In this document: positions 18,448-26,841 of the stretch, one piece after another
Position numbering within the stretch: position 1 is the stretch's first letter
Layout of the letters: each line of letters begins with the position of its first letter
Assembly: GCA_000996245.1 (NCBI GenBank)
Contig: LBYP01000002.1
Coordinates: 5,352 to 69,351 of the forward strand
Direction: 5' to 3'
Length of the DNA: 64,000 nucleotides
DNA from: Parcubacteria group bacterium GW2011_GWA2_40_23
GTDB lineage: Bacteria > Patescibacteriota > Patescibacteriia > UBA11705 > JABHMO01
The notes under the pieces: generated by a model
Told to the model about the DNA's origin: nothing
Seen by the model: the letters and a program-made list of their open reading frames with translations, nothing else
Database searches by the model: none
Translations under genes and position numbers: made by a program

Positions 18448-18476
18448 ATTCTAGCATGTTTTTAATAAATTGTCAA
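18448..18476 (-). promoter_or_regulatory. Sigma70-type promoter of island C
   Basis: Reverse strand TTGACA (18476-18471), 17-nt spacer atttattaaaaacatgc, TAGAAT (18453-18448); ~64-nt leader. Confidence 0.7.
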
Positions 18477-18499
18477 ACCTATTTTCATCGTTTTGCGAG

Positions 18500-18520
18500 C
18501 CTGCCTGCCGGCCAGGCAGG
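18500..18520. other. Isolated GC hairpin ~25 nt upstream of the island C -35 box
   Basis: CCTGCCTG-ccggc-CAGGCAGG, 8-bp perfect stem, no T-tract on either strand. Confidence 0.4.
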
Positions 18521-18661
18521 GAGCACTTTCGTTAAAAAGCGACGTGGCAATCTCTAATTCGATTTCTAATTAATCAAATCAATAGGTTATACATTTTTAT
18601 TCGTAAATTTAGCAAAATACTAGATACTGTCTAAGCGAACCTAACTGCAAATCGAGGATAC

Positions 18662-18696
18662 TAATCATGATAATCATGAAAATCATAGTTAATCAT
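18662..18696 (-). repeat. Phased array of four ATGATTA-like heptamers abutting the island D terminator
   Basis: taatcat at 18662, 18671, 18690 and aaatcat at 18680 (period 9-10 bp). Homologous to the array at 299-344. Confidence 0.6.
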
Positions 18697-18699
18697 GGC

Positions 18700-18735
18700 A
18701 AAAAAGAGCCCCACCGTTCGCGACGAACGGTGGGG
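18700..18735 (-). terminator. Intrinsic terminator of island D
   Basis: Reverse strand CCCCACCGTTCG-tcg-CGAACGGTGGGG (12-bp perfect stem) followed by CTCTTTTTT. Confidence 0.8.
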
Positions 18736-18740
18736 CAGGG

Positions 18741-19364
18741 CTAGAAGTTCCAGACCAGGCGCAGGTACAGCACGTGGTCACCCGCGATCTCCGGCGTGAA
18801 GTCGTAGGCGACCCAGATTCGGCCCGCGCCGAGCAAGATCGAGGGGCCGATGGCCGCCTCGTCGAACGTCTTCTCGGAGAAGAAGTTCTCCTGGACGATG
18901 CCGAACCCAGCGATGTTGCCTGGCTTCATCCAGTCGAGGGTGGTCAGCGTGTAGTAGTTCCGCTGCACGTGCCCCTTGTCGCCGTCGACAGGGAAGTAGA
19001 CGTCGCCCTCGACGCACAGGAGCAGGTCGCTTGGCAAGGGCTGCGTGAGCCAGATGCTCGCGAGAGCGGACATGCCGCCGTCGTTGGTCATCCAGAGACC
19101 TCCCAGGAGCTTGAGGTTCGTCTTCGTCGACAGGACGCTCATCTCCGGCCCGAAGTAGCCGAAGATCATGGAGTTGCCGCGCATTGACACCAGGCCGGTG
19201 GCGTGGGCGTAGATGCCGCCCGTGATGTTCTCGCTGAGCGTGAACGGGGAGAAGGTTCGGCCCAGGGTGACCAGGAACTGGCCGTTGGACTCGACCTTGG
19301 CCTCGGCGGCCGTGGGGATGATCATCGCACACAGCAACAGGATCACGAGCAGGAAGCGCTTCAT
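18741..19364 (-). CDS. Island D: 207-aa secreted protein with outer-membrane beta-barrel-like features
   Basis: Start placed at MKRF (ATG 19364) with GGAGG 5 nt upstream. Signal peptide MKRFLLVILLLCAMIIPTAAEA. Gly/aromatic-rich alternating pattern. C-terminus YLRLVWNF has hydrophobic residues at positions -1, -3, -5, -7 and a terminal Phe (classical OMP beta-signal). Confidence 0.7.
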   Translation of the reverse strand: MKRFLLVILLLCAMIIPTAAEAKVESNGQFLVTLGRTFSPFTLSENITGGIYAHATGLVSMRGNSMIFGYFGPEMSVLSTKTNLKLLGGLWMTNDGGMSALASIWLTQPLPSDLLLCVEGDVYFPVDGDKGHVQRNYYTLTTLDWMKPGNIAGFGIVQENFFSEKTFDEAAIGPSILLGAGRIWVAYDFTPEIAGDHVLYLRLVWNF

Positions 19365-19409
19365 CGAAGCCTCCAAAGTGGTGTGACGTCCCGTGAAACA
19401 GGACATTCT

Positions 19410-19437
19410 AATTTATCATAAATAATAAAAAAGTCAA
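19410..19437 (-). promoter_or_regulatory. Promoter of island D
   Basis: Reverse strand TTGACT (19437-19432), 16-nt spacer, TGaTAAATT extended -10 (hexamer 19415-19410). The -35 box ends 1 nt from the ATG of the divergent host gene at 19439. Confidence 0.55.
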
Positions 19438-19438
19438 G

Positions 19439-19762
19439 ATGCAAGGCATTAGTGGTATACTAAAATCAACTTTCAATAAAAGAAGTGTCCTCAGCAAACA
19501 AGTGCAATCTGGGATGATTGTTGAGTTTGTTAATGAACTAATTCATGAATACTGGGGCAAAAAGGGCGCTGAACAGGCAAAGGCTAAATTTATAAAAAAT
19601 AAAATTTTAACTATATTTACTGTAAATGCAGGCATGTCGCAGGAAATTAAATTTAAACAAAATAAAATATTAGAAACAGTTAACACTAGGTTTGATGAGC
19701 GGGTACTTAATCAATTAAAAATCGTTGCCGGCGGAATTGACAAAGGCGATGATATACCGTAA
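19439..19762 (+). CDS. DUF721/DciA-like small protein (host-type composition except the last ~13 codons)
   Basis: 107 aa with pattern W..VVG-like EYWGKKGAEQAKAKFIKNKILTIFTVNAGMSQEIKF, typical of DUF721. The 3' end, GTTGCCGGCGGAATTGACAAAGGCGATGATATACCGTAA, is GC-richer and contains the island E -35 box. Confidence 0.5.
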   Translation: MQGISGILKSTFNKRSVLSKQVQSGMIVEFVNELIHEYWGKKGAEQAKAKFIKNKILTIFTVNAGMSQEIKFKQNKILETVNTRFDERVLNQLKIVAGGIDKGDDIP

Positions 19763-19765
19763 AAC
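19737..19765 (+). promoter_or_regulatory. Candidate promoter of island E embedded in the 3' end of the DUF721 gene
   Basis: TTGACA (19737-19742), 17-nt spacer aaggcgatgatataccg, TAAAAC (19760-19765, overlaps the stop codon). Confidence 0.45.
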
Positions 19766-19797
19766 GAAGTGATGGCCTTTCCATCAAGGAGGTTCCC

Positions 19798-20115
19798 ATG
19801 GATGCACGACAAAAGGTCGTGGCAGTGTTCGATCTTCCGCACGGTGAAGGTCAGGTCGATCTGATGGTCGACATGGCACTTGAGTCCAGCTGGACTGGCC
19901 AAGGAATCGATACTTCGTACTTCATGTTCCACAAGCCGCACTGCGGCGGTCCCATGCGGCCGATCAAGGTGGCGGACAAGAAGATGGTTCTGTACTGCAG
20001 CGGTTGCGTGTTGCGTCTTCAGCTTCTGATCATGAAACTGCCTACGAACCTGGGCGAACTCGGTGAAGCGATCAACGAGACCTGCACGCATTCGGATCTG
20101 CCCTCACGTTTCTAA
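19798..20115 (+). CDS. Island E: 105-aa GC-rich protein with Zn-ribbon-like Cys/His spacing
   Basis: AAGGAGG lies 5 nt before the ATG. HKPHCGGP ... YCSGC (H/C-x..-CxxC). G/C-ending codons. Confidence 0.7.
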   Translation: MDARQKVVAVFDLPHGEGQVDLMVDMALESSWTGQGIDTSYFMFHKPHCGGPMRPIKVADKKMVLYCSGCVLRLQLLIMKLPTNLGELGEAINETCTHSDLPSRF

Positions 20116-20127
20116 TCGAGATAATAT

Positions 20128-20162
20128 CAGGCCTTCCTAGCACTAGGAGGCCTGGTTTTTTA
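20128..20162 (+). terminator. Intrinsic terminator of island E
   Basis: CAGGCCTTCCTAG-ca-CTAGGAGGCCTG (one bulge) followed by GTTTTTTAT. Confidence 0.75.
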
Positions 20163-20201
20163 TGTTGAAAAGCTCTAGCTTCTGTGATAGAATATCTGCA
20201 T

Positions 20202-20585
20202 ATGAGTATAGGGCGTTTTTTCCTAGTTTTAGGTCTGGCTACAGGTCTGTGTTGGTTGGCCTGGATTGCTGTTTTATTTTTTATGAATCCAGCAGAAAAT
20301 AGTCCCGTGGCTCTAATCTTATTTTATTTAAGTCTTTGTTTGTCCTTAATTGGTACCTTTTTATTCATCGGGTATCTTGTTAGAGGTTTAACTAACCAAA
20401 CCGAAATGCCGTATAAGCATGTTAAAGCAGCTTCAAGGCAGGCAGTCTTATTTACCGTACTCATTGTTCTAGCCTTGATGCTACAAAGTTATCGTTTTTT
20501 AACTTGGTGGAATTTGTTAATTTTGGTGGCCTTACTTGGGTTCGTAGAATTATTCTTTATTTCATACAAAAAATATAATAAATAA
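20202..20585 (+). CDS. Polytopic membrane protein, unknown function (leaderless-style start)
   Basis: Four hydrophobic helices. Extended -10 TGaTAGAAT (20185-20193) lies 8 nt before ATG 20202. The track start 20184 is a GTG inside the promoter. Confidence 0.6.
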   Translation: MSIGRFFLVLGLATGLCWLAWIAVLFFMNPAENSPVALILFYLSLCLSLIGTFLFIGYLVRGLTNQTEMPYKHVKAASRQAVLFTVLIVLALMLQSYRFLTWWNLLILVALLGFVELFFISYKKYNK

Positions 20586-20588
20586 AAT

Positions 20589-22274
20589 ATGAGACAGTCA
20601 AAGTTATTTGGTAAAACACAAAAAGAAACACCATCTGATGCTGTAGCCGAAAGTCAGAAGCTTCTACATCGAGCAGGTTATGTGCGCGATTCTGTGGCCG
20701 GTAGATATTATTTTTTACCATTGGGAATGCGCGTACATGAAAAAATAGAAAAAATTATCCGTGAAGAAATGGATCGCACCGGCGCGGAACAAATATTAAC
20801 ACCAACCTTACATCAACTAGAATTATGGAAAGAAACAAATCGTACAGACACCGCTGGCTTTGAGTTGATGAAAGTAAAAGATAGAAATGGGGCGGAGTTC
20901 GCTTTGGGTGGAACGGCCGAGGAAATGATTGTTGATGTGGTGCGAAAGTTTAATATCAGTTACAAAGATTTACCTTTTAATATTTATCAATTCTCAAATA
21001 AGTTTAGAGATGAAATGCGTGCTCGCGGTGGCCTTTTGCGAACTCGAGAATTCATCATGAAAGACGCTTACTCTTTTCATGAAACAGAAGCTGATTTTAA
21101 AAAAGAATATGAAAAGATGTGGAAGGCATACGAAACAATTTTTGCTCGTATGGGGCTAAAAACTGTTGCGATTGAATCTGATAATGGTTACATTGGTGGT
21201 GAATATTGTCACGAATTTATTGTTGAATCTGCCAGTGGAGAAAGTAAAGCTTTGACTACAGAGGATGGAACTTATGCTGCACACGAAGAAGTGGCAAAAT
21301 TCAAACGAGATAATAAAAATTTAGATGAGTCTCTGGGTGGAATGATTGAAGTCGAGGCCAAGAGAGAAAACACCATGCAAGCTGGTGTGGAATTGCATAA
21401 GTTACCTTTATGGCAACAAATTAAGAATGTTTTATTTGTGACAGAAAAAGGGAGATTTATTTTGGCTGTGATCCGTGGTGATTTAGCCGTCAATGAGTTA
21501 AAGCTTGTGCACGCAGTTGGTGCGTTGATATTAAGAGCAGCAACGGATGAAGAAATTCGATCAATCGGAACAGAACCTGGCTTTATTGGTCCTGTAGGGC
21601 TTGATCATAAAAAAGTCACAGTTGTTGGTGATTTATCGTTACGAACAGCTGTTAACTTTTGTACTGGTGCTAATAAACAATATTGTGACTTACAAAACGT
21701 AAATATTGATCGTGACTTTAATGTAGACAAAGAAGCTGACATCGCCTTGGCGGAAGCAGGCTTTTTAAGTGAATCCGGCAAAGAGTTACGAGAGATCAAA
21801 GGTATTGAGGTTGGAAATATTTTTCAACTTGGTTATCATTATTCCAAATTAATGAATGCAACTTTTACAGGTAAAGATGGTAAAGAAGAATTTTACTATA
21901 TGGGCTGTTATGGAATAGGTTTGGGGCGAACTATGGCCACAATTGTAGAAATGCATAATGATGAAAAAGGTATAATTTGGCCAGAAGCTGTCGCACCTTT
22001 TCAAGTACATTTACTGACATTGGGCGAAGACGAGAAGGTGATGAAAGCATCCGAACAATTATATGAGGAGTTGTTGGCGGCAGGTATTGAGGTGTTGTTT
22101 GATGATCGCGATCTAAGCGCTGGAATCAAATTAAAAGATAGTGATCTTATTGGTTTGCCAAAGCGTATTGTCGTAAGCACTAAAACCCTGGAGCAAAATA
22201 AAGTTGAATTGAAATTACGATCAGAGGACGAAATAGAACTGGTTGACATTAGTTCAATCGCAAAAAAGGTGTAA
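20589..22274 (+). CDS. proS: Prolyl-tRNA synthetase (bacterial type with insertion domain)
   Basis: MRQSKLFGKTQKE... N-terminus, class II motifs (REFIMKDAYSF, GCYGIGLGR), 561 aa. Confidence 0.95.
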   Translation: MRQSKLFGKTQKETPSDAVAESQKLLHRAGYVRDSVAGRYYFLPLGMRVHEKIEKIIREEMDRTGAEQILTPTLHQLELWKETNRTDTAGFELMKVKDRNGAEFALGGTAEEMIVDVVRKFNISYKDLPFNIYQFSNKFRDEMRARGGLLRTREFIMKDAYSFHETEADFKKEYEKMWKAYETIFARMGLKTVAIESDNGYIGGEYCHEFIVESASGESKALTTEDGTYAAHEEVAKFKRDNKNLDESLGGMIEVEAKRENTMQAGVELHKLPLWQQIKNVLFVTEKGRFILAVIRGDLAVNELKLVHAVGALILRAATDEEIRSIGTEPGFIGPVGLDHKKVTVVGDLSLRTAVNFCTGANKQYCDLQNVNIDRDFNVDKEADIALAEAGFLSESGKELREIKGIEVGNIFQLGYHYSKLMNATFTGKDGKEEFYYMGCYGIGLGRTMATIVEMHNDEKGIIWPEAVAPFQVHLLTLGEDEKVMKASEQLYEELLAAGIEVLFDDRDLSAGIKLKDSDLIGLPKRIVVSTKTLEQNKVELKLRSEDEIELVDISSIAKKV

Positions 22275-22276
22275 AA

Positions 22277-22311
22277 CCCCGCACCAGAAAGTATTCTCTT
22301 TCGGTTCGGGG
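22277..22311. repeat. GC hairpin of the dispersed family, downstream of proS
   Basis: CCCCGCACC-N17-GGTTCGGGG followed by CAAG. Confidence 0.5.
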
Positions 22312-22367
22312 CAAGTAAAAACAAAAATCAAAGTAATAATTTATTATTGATTTTTATTTTAAATAGT

Positions 22368-23423
22368 ATGTTAAGAAGATTGTTAAATAGATTCTCCAAG
22401 AAAATCGGTATTGATCTTGGAACATCAAATACAACTATCGCCTTGCAGGACAAGGGGATTGTTATTCGTGAGCCATCGGTTGTGGCCATTAATAATCGTT
22501 TAGATCAAATTATTGCCGTGGGCGAAGAGGCTAGTAAGATGATTGGTAAGAATCCAAAATATATTACCTTGGCTTATCCTTTGGTTAATGGTGTTATCTC
22601 TGATTTTGAGGTAACTGAAAAGATGTTCAAGTATTTTTTTGATAAGATATTTCAGGAAAACTTTAATTTTACAGCTAGACCCTCGGTAATTATTAGTATT
22701 CCGCTTGATGTTACAGAAGTTGAAAAGAAAGCTGTTGAAGATGCTGCCCTGGGTGCAGGTGCTGGGAAAGTTTTTTTGGTTGAAGAAGTTATGGCTGCAG
22801 CTATTGGCGCGCGCTTACCGATTAACGATGCTTCTGGTAGCATGATTATTAATTTGGGTGGTGGCAAGACCGAAATTGCAGTTATTTCTTTGCATGGTGT
22901 TGTAATTTCGAAGTCTTTGAAATTAGCTGGCGAAGAATTAAATAAAAATATTATTCAATACGCTCGTGATCGTTTTAACCTACTTATTGGAGAAAAAAAT
23001 GCTGAAGATATAAAAATTAAAATTGGTTCAGCATTCGAACAGGGTGAGTCTATGTCTGTAGAAATGCGTGGACGTGATTTAATCAGTGGTTTGCCACGAG
23101 AAATTATTATCACTGATTATCAAGTTAGGGAAGCGATCGCCAGTTCTATCCACAATATAATTGATGCTATAAAAAGTGTGCTTGAAGTAACCCCGCCGGA
23201 GTTGGTAGCTGATATTTTCGAACGAGGTATTGTACTTTGCGGCGGTGCAGCGCAATTGCGTGGCATGGAAAAAATTATTTCGAAGGAAACTGAAATTCCA
23301 GTCAGAGTTGCAGATGATCCAACGACTTGTACTATACGCGGCGTAATGGTTTTGTTGGATGATGACAATTTACTCAAAGATATTTTATTGCCTTCTGCTA
23401 ACGAAGAAAAAGTAGTTAGATAA
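22368..23423 (+). CDS. mreB: Rod-shape protein MreB
   Basis: Actin-fold phosphate-1 motif GIDLGTSNT. Start at ATG 22368 (track start is TTG). Confidence 0.9.
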   Translation: MLRRLLNRFSKKIGIDLGTSNTTIALQDKGIVIREPSVVAINNRLDQIIAVGEEASKMIGKNPKYITLAYPLVNGVISDFEVTEKMFKYFFDKIFQENFNFTARPSVIISIPLDVTEVEKKAVEDAALGAGAGKVFLVEEVMAAAIGARLPINDASGSMIINLGGGKTEIAVISLHGVVISKSLKLAGEELNKNIIQYARDRFNLLIGEKNAEDIKIKIGSAFEQGESMSVEMRGRDLISGLPREIIITDYQVREAIASSIHNIIDAIKSVLEVTPPELVADIFERGIVLCGGAAQLRGMEKIISKETEIPVRVADDPTTCTIRGVMVLLDDDNLLKDILLPSANEEKVVR

Positions 23424-23424
23424 T

Positions 23425-24231
23425 ATGCCCTTAACACCAAAACCAACAAAGCTGATTATTCTAACAGTAGTAATTATTTTGCTACTGGTTTTTTTACATT
23501 ATACGCACATTCTTTCTCCACTAGAGCGAGCTGTAACTGGAATGACAAAAATGATTATGAGAATTTCTTATAATTTTTCTAATAATATTGGGGCAAACTA
23601 TTTGGAATTCAAGTTAAAGAGAGAGTTGTTGAATGAAAATAAAGAATTGAAGGATCAACTGGCCATACTGTTTAAGGAAAAGAGTCGTTATTTAAATGAA
23701 AAGGAAGAAAACGATTTTCTGCGTGAACAGTTGAAGTTTTCACAAACATTGAATTACGAATTTATAATTGCCAATGTGGTCGGAAAAAATGTTGCAGGCG
23801 TACAAAATATTTTATTATTAGATGTTGGTGCTCAAAACGGGTTGCTTGTTGGTCAGCCAGTTCTTGGTGAACAAGGAGTGGTAATTGGTAAAATTAGCAA
23901 AGTCGAAAAAAATCGAGCTTTCATGTTACTTATAAATGATGATCTATCGCGCCTGGCCGTAAAAGTTCAAGGTTCTGATAAAACCATGGGAATTATTGAG
24001 GGTGAATTTGGACTTGGTATAAAGATGCGTCTCATACCGCAAAACGAAACAATAAGTGAGGGCGATTTGGTGGTTACTTCCGGATTGGAGGAATTAGTTC
24101 CAGCAAATTTAATTATTGGAACCATAGAGAAAATAACCAGAGCCCCCGAAGATCTTTTTCAAGAAGCTGCGATTAAGTCGCCGATTGATTTTAGTAAAAT
24201 TACTCTGGTTAATATTATAAAAAATAAATGA
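23425..24231 (+). CDS. mreC: Rod-shape protein MreC
   Basis: N-terminal TM helix, coiled coil, beta-rich C-terminal domain; position after mreB. Confidence 0.8.
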   Translation: MPLTPKPTKLIILTVVIILLLVFLHYTHILSPLERAVTGMTKMIMRISYNFSNNIGANYLEFKLKRELLNENKELKDQLAILFKEKSRYLNEKEENDFLREQLKFSQTLNYEFIIANVVGKNVAGVQNILLLDVGAQNGLLVGQPVLGEQGVVIGKISKVEKNRAFMLLINDDLSRLAVKVQGSDKTMGIIEGEFGLGIKMRLIPQNETISEGDLVVTSGLEELVPANLIIGTIEKITRAPEDLFQEAAIKSPIDFSKITLVNIIKNK

Positions 24232-24770
24232 TAAAATCAACATTAAAACATTTTTTCATTATAATAATAGTCGCTTTATTACAGGTGGCTATTTTGCCCA
24301 ATTTATCAAGTAAAATGGGTAATTTAGATCTTGTCTTGGTTGTTTTAATCTTCATAGCAGTTGTTTATAAGTTTTATCTAGGGGTGATTTATGGTTTAAT
24401 ACTTGGATTTTTCCTTGACCTCTATTCTGCTTTGCCCTTTGGCATGATTATTCTGTGCTATATGTTGGTTTTGTATTTTGTCTATTTGATATTTCAAAAG
24501 TTATTAACAAATAAATCATTTTATTCATTACTCGGAGTGACATTTATCGGGACTATAATTTATAGCATTTTGATATATATTTCGAAAATTAGTTATTATT
24601 TCATAAATACTAAGGATTACTTATTAATAAAAAATTATTCAATAATAAGTTTTCAAAATATAGGTTGGCAGGTTTCACTAAATATATCATTAGCTATAAT
24701 TTTGTTCATGTGTTTCCATTTTGGCAGCCGTCAGTTTAACGCCGGTTTTATTGATACAACAAAAAAGTAA
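24228..24770 (+). CDS. mreD: Rod-shape protein MreD
   Basis: Small polytopic membrane protein overlapping the mreC stop (ATGA); operon position. Confidence 0.65.
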   Translation: MIKSTLKHFFIIIIVALLQVAILPNLSSKMGNLDLVLVVLIFIAVVYKFYLGVIYGLILGFFLDLYSALPFGMIILCYMLVLYFVYLIFQKLLTNKSFYSLLGVTFIGTIIYSILIYISKISYYFINTKDYLLIKNYSIISFQNIGWQVSLNISLAIILFMCFHFGSRQFNAGFIDTTKK

Positions 24771-24771
24771 T

Positions 24772-26808
24772 ATGTGGTCTTACCTTAAATACAAATTCAC
24801 AAATAAGCTCAAAAAAAAATATCAAGATGATAGTGCAATTTTTGCCGGCAGCAAAACACACATTGAAAGTTCTGGCATTAAATCTAGAAATAAAAGCGCG
24901 TGGGTAGAAGAAGCTTTTGTCAATTATACGGAAGAAGACTTAGTTAGCACAAAACAAAATTATTTGGGAACAGTTTTACCAGCCAAACGAATGATAATTT
25001 TTTGGTTTTGTCTTATGCTCGGCGTTGTTTTGCTACTCGCTCGAGCCCTACAATTGCAGGTCATTAAAGGACCATATTATCGTTCAGTAGCTGAAAAAAA
25101 TCGTATTCGTGTTTATAATTTACCAGCTCCTCGAGGCATAATTTATGACATTAATAATATCCCACTCGTGCGCAATGTGCCGACTTTTGCTCTTTACATA
25201 ATTCCCAACGATTTATCATCTAGCTTAGAAAATAAAGATGAGGTTTTAACTTGGCTTAATAAAAATTTGAAGATGGATTCCAATAATGAAGATCTGCAAA
25301 AAATACTTAAAATTAAATCTTCACAAAAAGAATATTACGAACCTGTTTTACTAGTCGAAGATATTGATTATGAGGCTGCGCTTAAAATGCATATTGAAAG
25401 CGCAATTTATAACGGAGTTGACGTAGAAATTCAATCAAGACGTGAGTATTTAAATACCAATAATCAACAACTTGTTAGCAGTTTAGCCCATGTTTTAGGG
25501 TATGAAGGAAAGATAAGTCAAGAGGAATATGAAAATCGGGTAAATGATGGTTATTTATTTAATGATTTTATTGGAAAAACCGGATTAGAAGAAAGTCTTG
25601 AAAAGACTTTACGCGGTGTTTATGGAAAAGAACAAGTTGAAGTTGATTCTAGTGGCAAGGCTATTAAAATTCTAGCACAGGAAGATGTTAAAAAGGGCGA
25701 TAATGTTATTTTAAATATTGATTTTGAAATGCAAAAAAAGCTTGAATCTATAACTCAGGCATATTTGAATAAATATAATAAGCAGAAATCGGCCATCGTT
25801 GTTTTGAATCCGCAAAACGGAGCCGTCATGGTGTTGCTTAGTTTGCCGGGATATGACAATAACGCATTTTCAAAGGGCATATCTGGGACTGAGTATAATA
25901 AATTGATGGAAGACAAAAATAAGCCACTGTTCAATCGAGTCATTAGTGGTGAGTATCCTTCGGGTTCAACAATTAAACCCGTGATGGCCGCGTCAGCTCT
26001 AGAGGAAGGAATTATAACGGCTTCAACTTCATTTTTGAGCACCGGTGGAATTCGCATTGGTCAGTGGTTCTTCCCCGATTGGTTGGCTGGGGGACATGGC
26101 ATTACTGATGTCAAAAAAGCGCTGGCGCAATCAGTTAATACCTTCTTCTATATTATTGGTGGGGGCTATGGTGAACAACCGGGCTTAGGCGTTTATAAAA
26201 TAAAAGAGTATTTAGAAAAATTTGGTTTGTATAAAGTTAGTGGTATTGAATTACCCAACGAACACGCTGGTTTCTTGCCCACTCCCGAATGGAAAGAAAA
26301 AGCAAAAAATGAACCATGGTACATTGGAGATACTTATCATTTATCTATCGGACAAGGTGATTTATTGGTCACGCCATTACAAATTGCCAATTATACCGGT
26401 GTTTTTGCAAATAAAGGAACTCTTTATAAACCACATTTAGTCAACCATTATTTTGATCAAAACACACAACAAACATTGATGATTGAGCCGGAAGTAATCA
26501 ATTCAAATTTTATTAAGGAAAATAATATTGAGATTGTTCGTCAGGGAATGCAACAAGGCGTCAAAAACGGTAGCTCACGCATTTTAAATTCCTTGCCCGT
26601 AACTTCGGGCGCTAAAACTGGCACAGCTCAATGGAATTTGGAAAAAGACCCGCATGCTTGGTTTACAGCCTTTGCTCCTTACAATGATGCTGAAATTGTT
26701 ATAACGGTCTTGGTTGAAGAAGGTAAGGAGGGAAGTCAAATTTCAGCTTATATTGCCAATGATTTTTTAAATTGGTATTTTCGTGAGTATCATAAATTGT
26801 CGCGCTAG
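24772..26808 (+). CDS. mrdA: Penicillin-binding protein 2 (elongation transpeptidase)
   Basis: SxxK = STIK (YPSGSTIKP) and KTG = KTGTA. Start at ATG 24772 right after the mreD stop; the track's 17-codon extension overlaps mreD. Confidence 0.85.
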   Translation: MWSYLKYKFTNKLKKKYQDDSAIFAGSKTHIESSGIKSRNKSAWVEEAFVNYTEEDLVSTKQNYLGTVLPAKRMIIFWFCLMLGVVLLLARALQLQVIKGPYYRSVAEKNRIRVYNLPAPRGIIYDINNIPLVRNVPTFALYIIPNDLSSSLENKDEVLTWLNKNLKMDSNNEDLQKILKIKSSQKEYYEPVLLVEDIDYEAALKMHIESAIYNGVDVEIQSRREYLNTNNQQLVSSLAHVLGYEGKISQEEYENRVNDGYLFNDFIGKTGLEESLEKTLRGVYGKEQVEVDSSGKAIKILAQEDVKKGDNVILNIDFEMQKKLESITQAYLNKYNKQKSAIVVLNPQNGAVMVLLSLPGYDNNAFSKGISGTEYNKLMEDKNKPLFNRVISGEYPSGSTIKPVMAASALEEGIITASTSFLSTGGIRIGQWFFPDWLAGGHGITDVKKALAQSVNTFFYIIGGGYGEQPGLGVYKIKEYLEKFGLYKVSGIELPNEHAGFLPTPEWKEKAKNEPWYIGDTYHLSIGQGDLLVTPLQIANYTGVFANKGTLYKPHLVNHYFDQNTQQTLMIEPEVINSNFIKENNIEIVRQGMQQGVKNGSSRILNSLPVTSGAKTGTAQWNLEKDPHAWFTAFAPYNDAEIVITVLVEEGKEGSQISAYIANDFLNWYFREYHKLSR

Positions 26809-26841
26809 AAAATATATTTTGTTTGTTTGTTTGTGGATAAC

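Noticed and set aside
17358-18557. ORFs 17358-17594(+), 17401-17655(+), 17611-18432(-), 17613-18557(+) overlapping island C
   Set aside because: These are alternative-frame and antisense shadows with Arg/Gly/Asp/Val-rich or Arg/Pro-rich repetitive translations and no start signals. Only 17397-18377(-) has a promoter, an SD, a signal peptide and coherent codon bias.
18774-19421. ORFs 18774-19187(+), 18778-19332(-), 19203-19421(+) and the 14-codon N-terminal extension of 18741-19406
   Set aside because: These are shadow frames of island D. The extension MSCFTGRHTTLEAS lies upstream of the GGAGG and within the leader, so the start was moved to MKRF at 19364.
19711-20091. 126-aa antisense ORF opposite island E
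   Set aside because: It has no promoter or SD, runs antisense through the E coding region and into the DUF721 gene, and its composition is typical of a GC shadow ORF.
26832-26840. Perfect DnaA boxes (TGTGGATAA at 26832-26840; TTATCCACA at 33625-33633) as a replication origin
   Set aside because: There are only two isolated 9-mers 6.8 kb apart, with no cluster, no dnaA/dnaN and no AT-rich unwinding element pattern. About 0.5-1 perfect hits are expected by chance in 64 kb on both strands.
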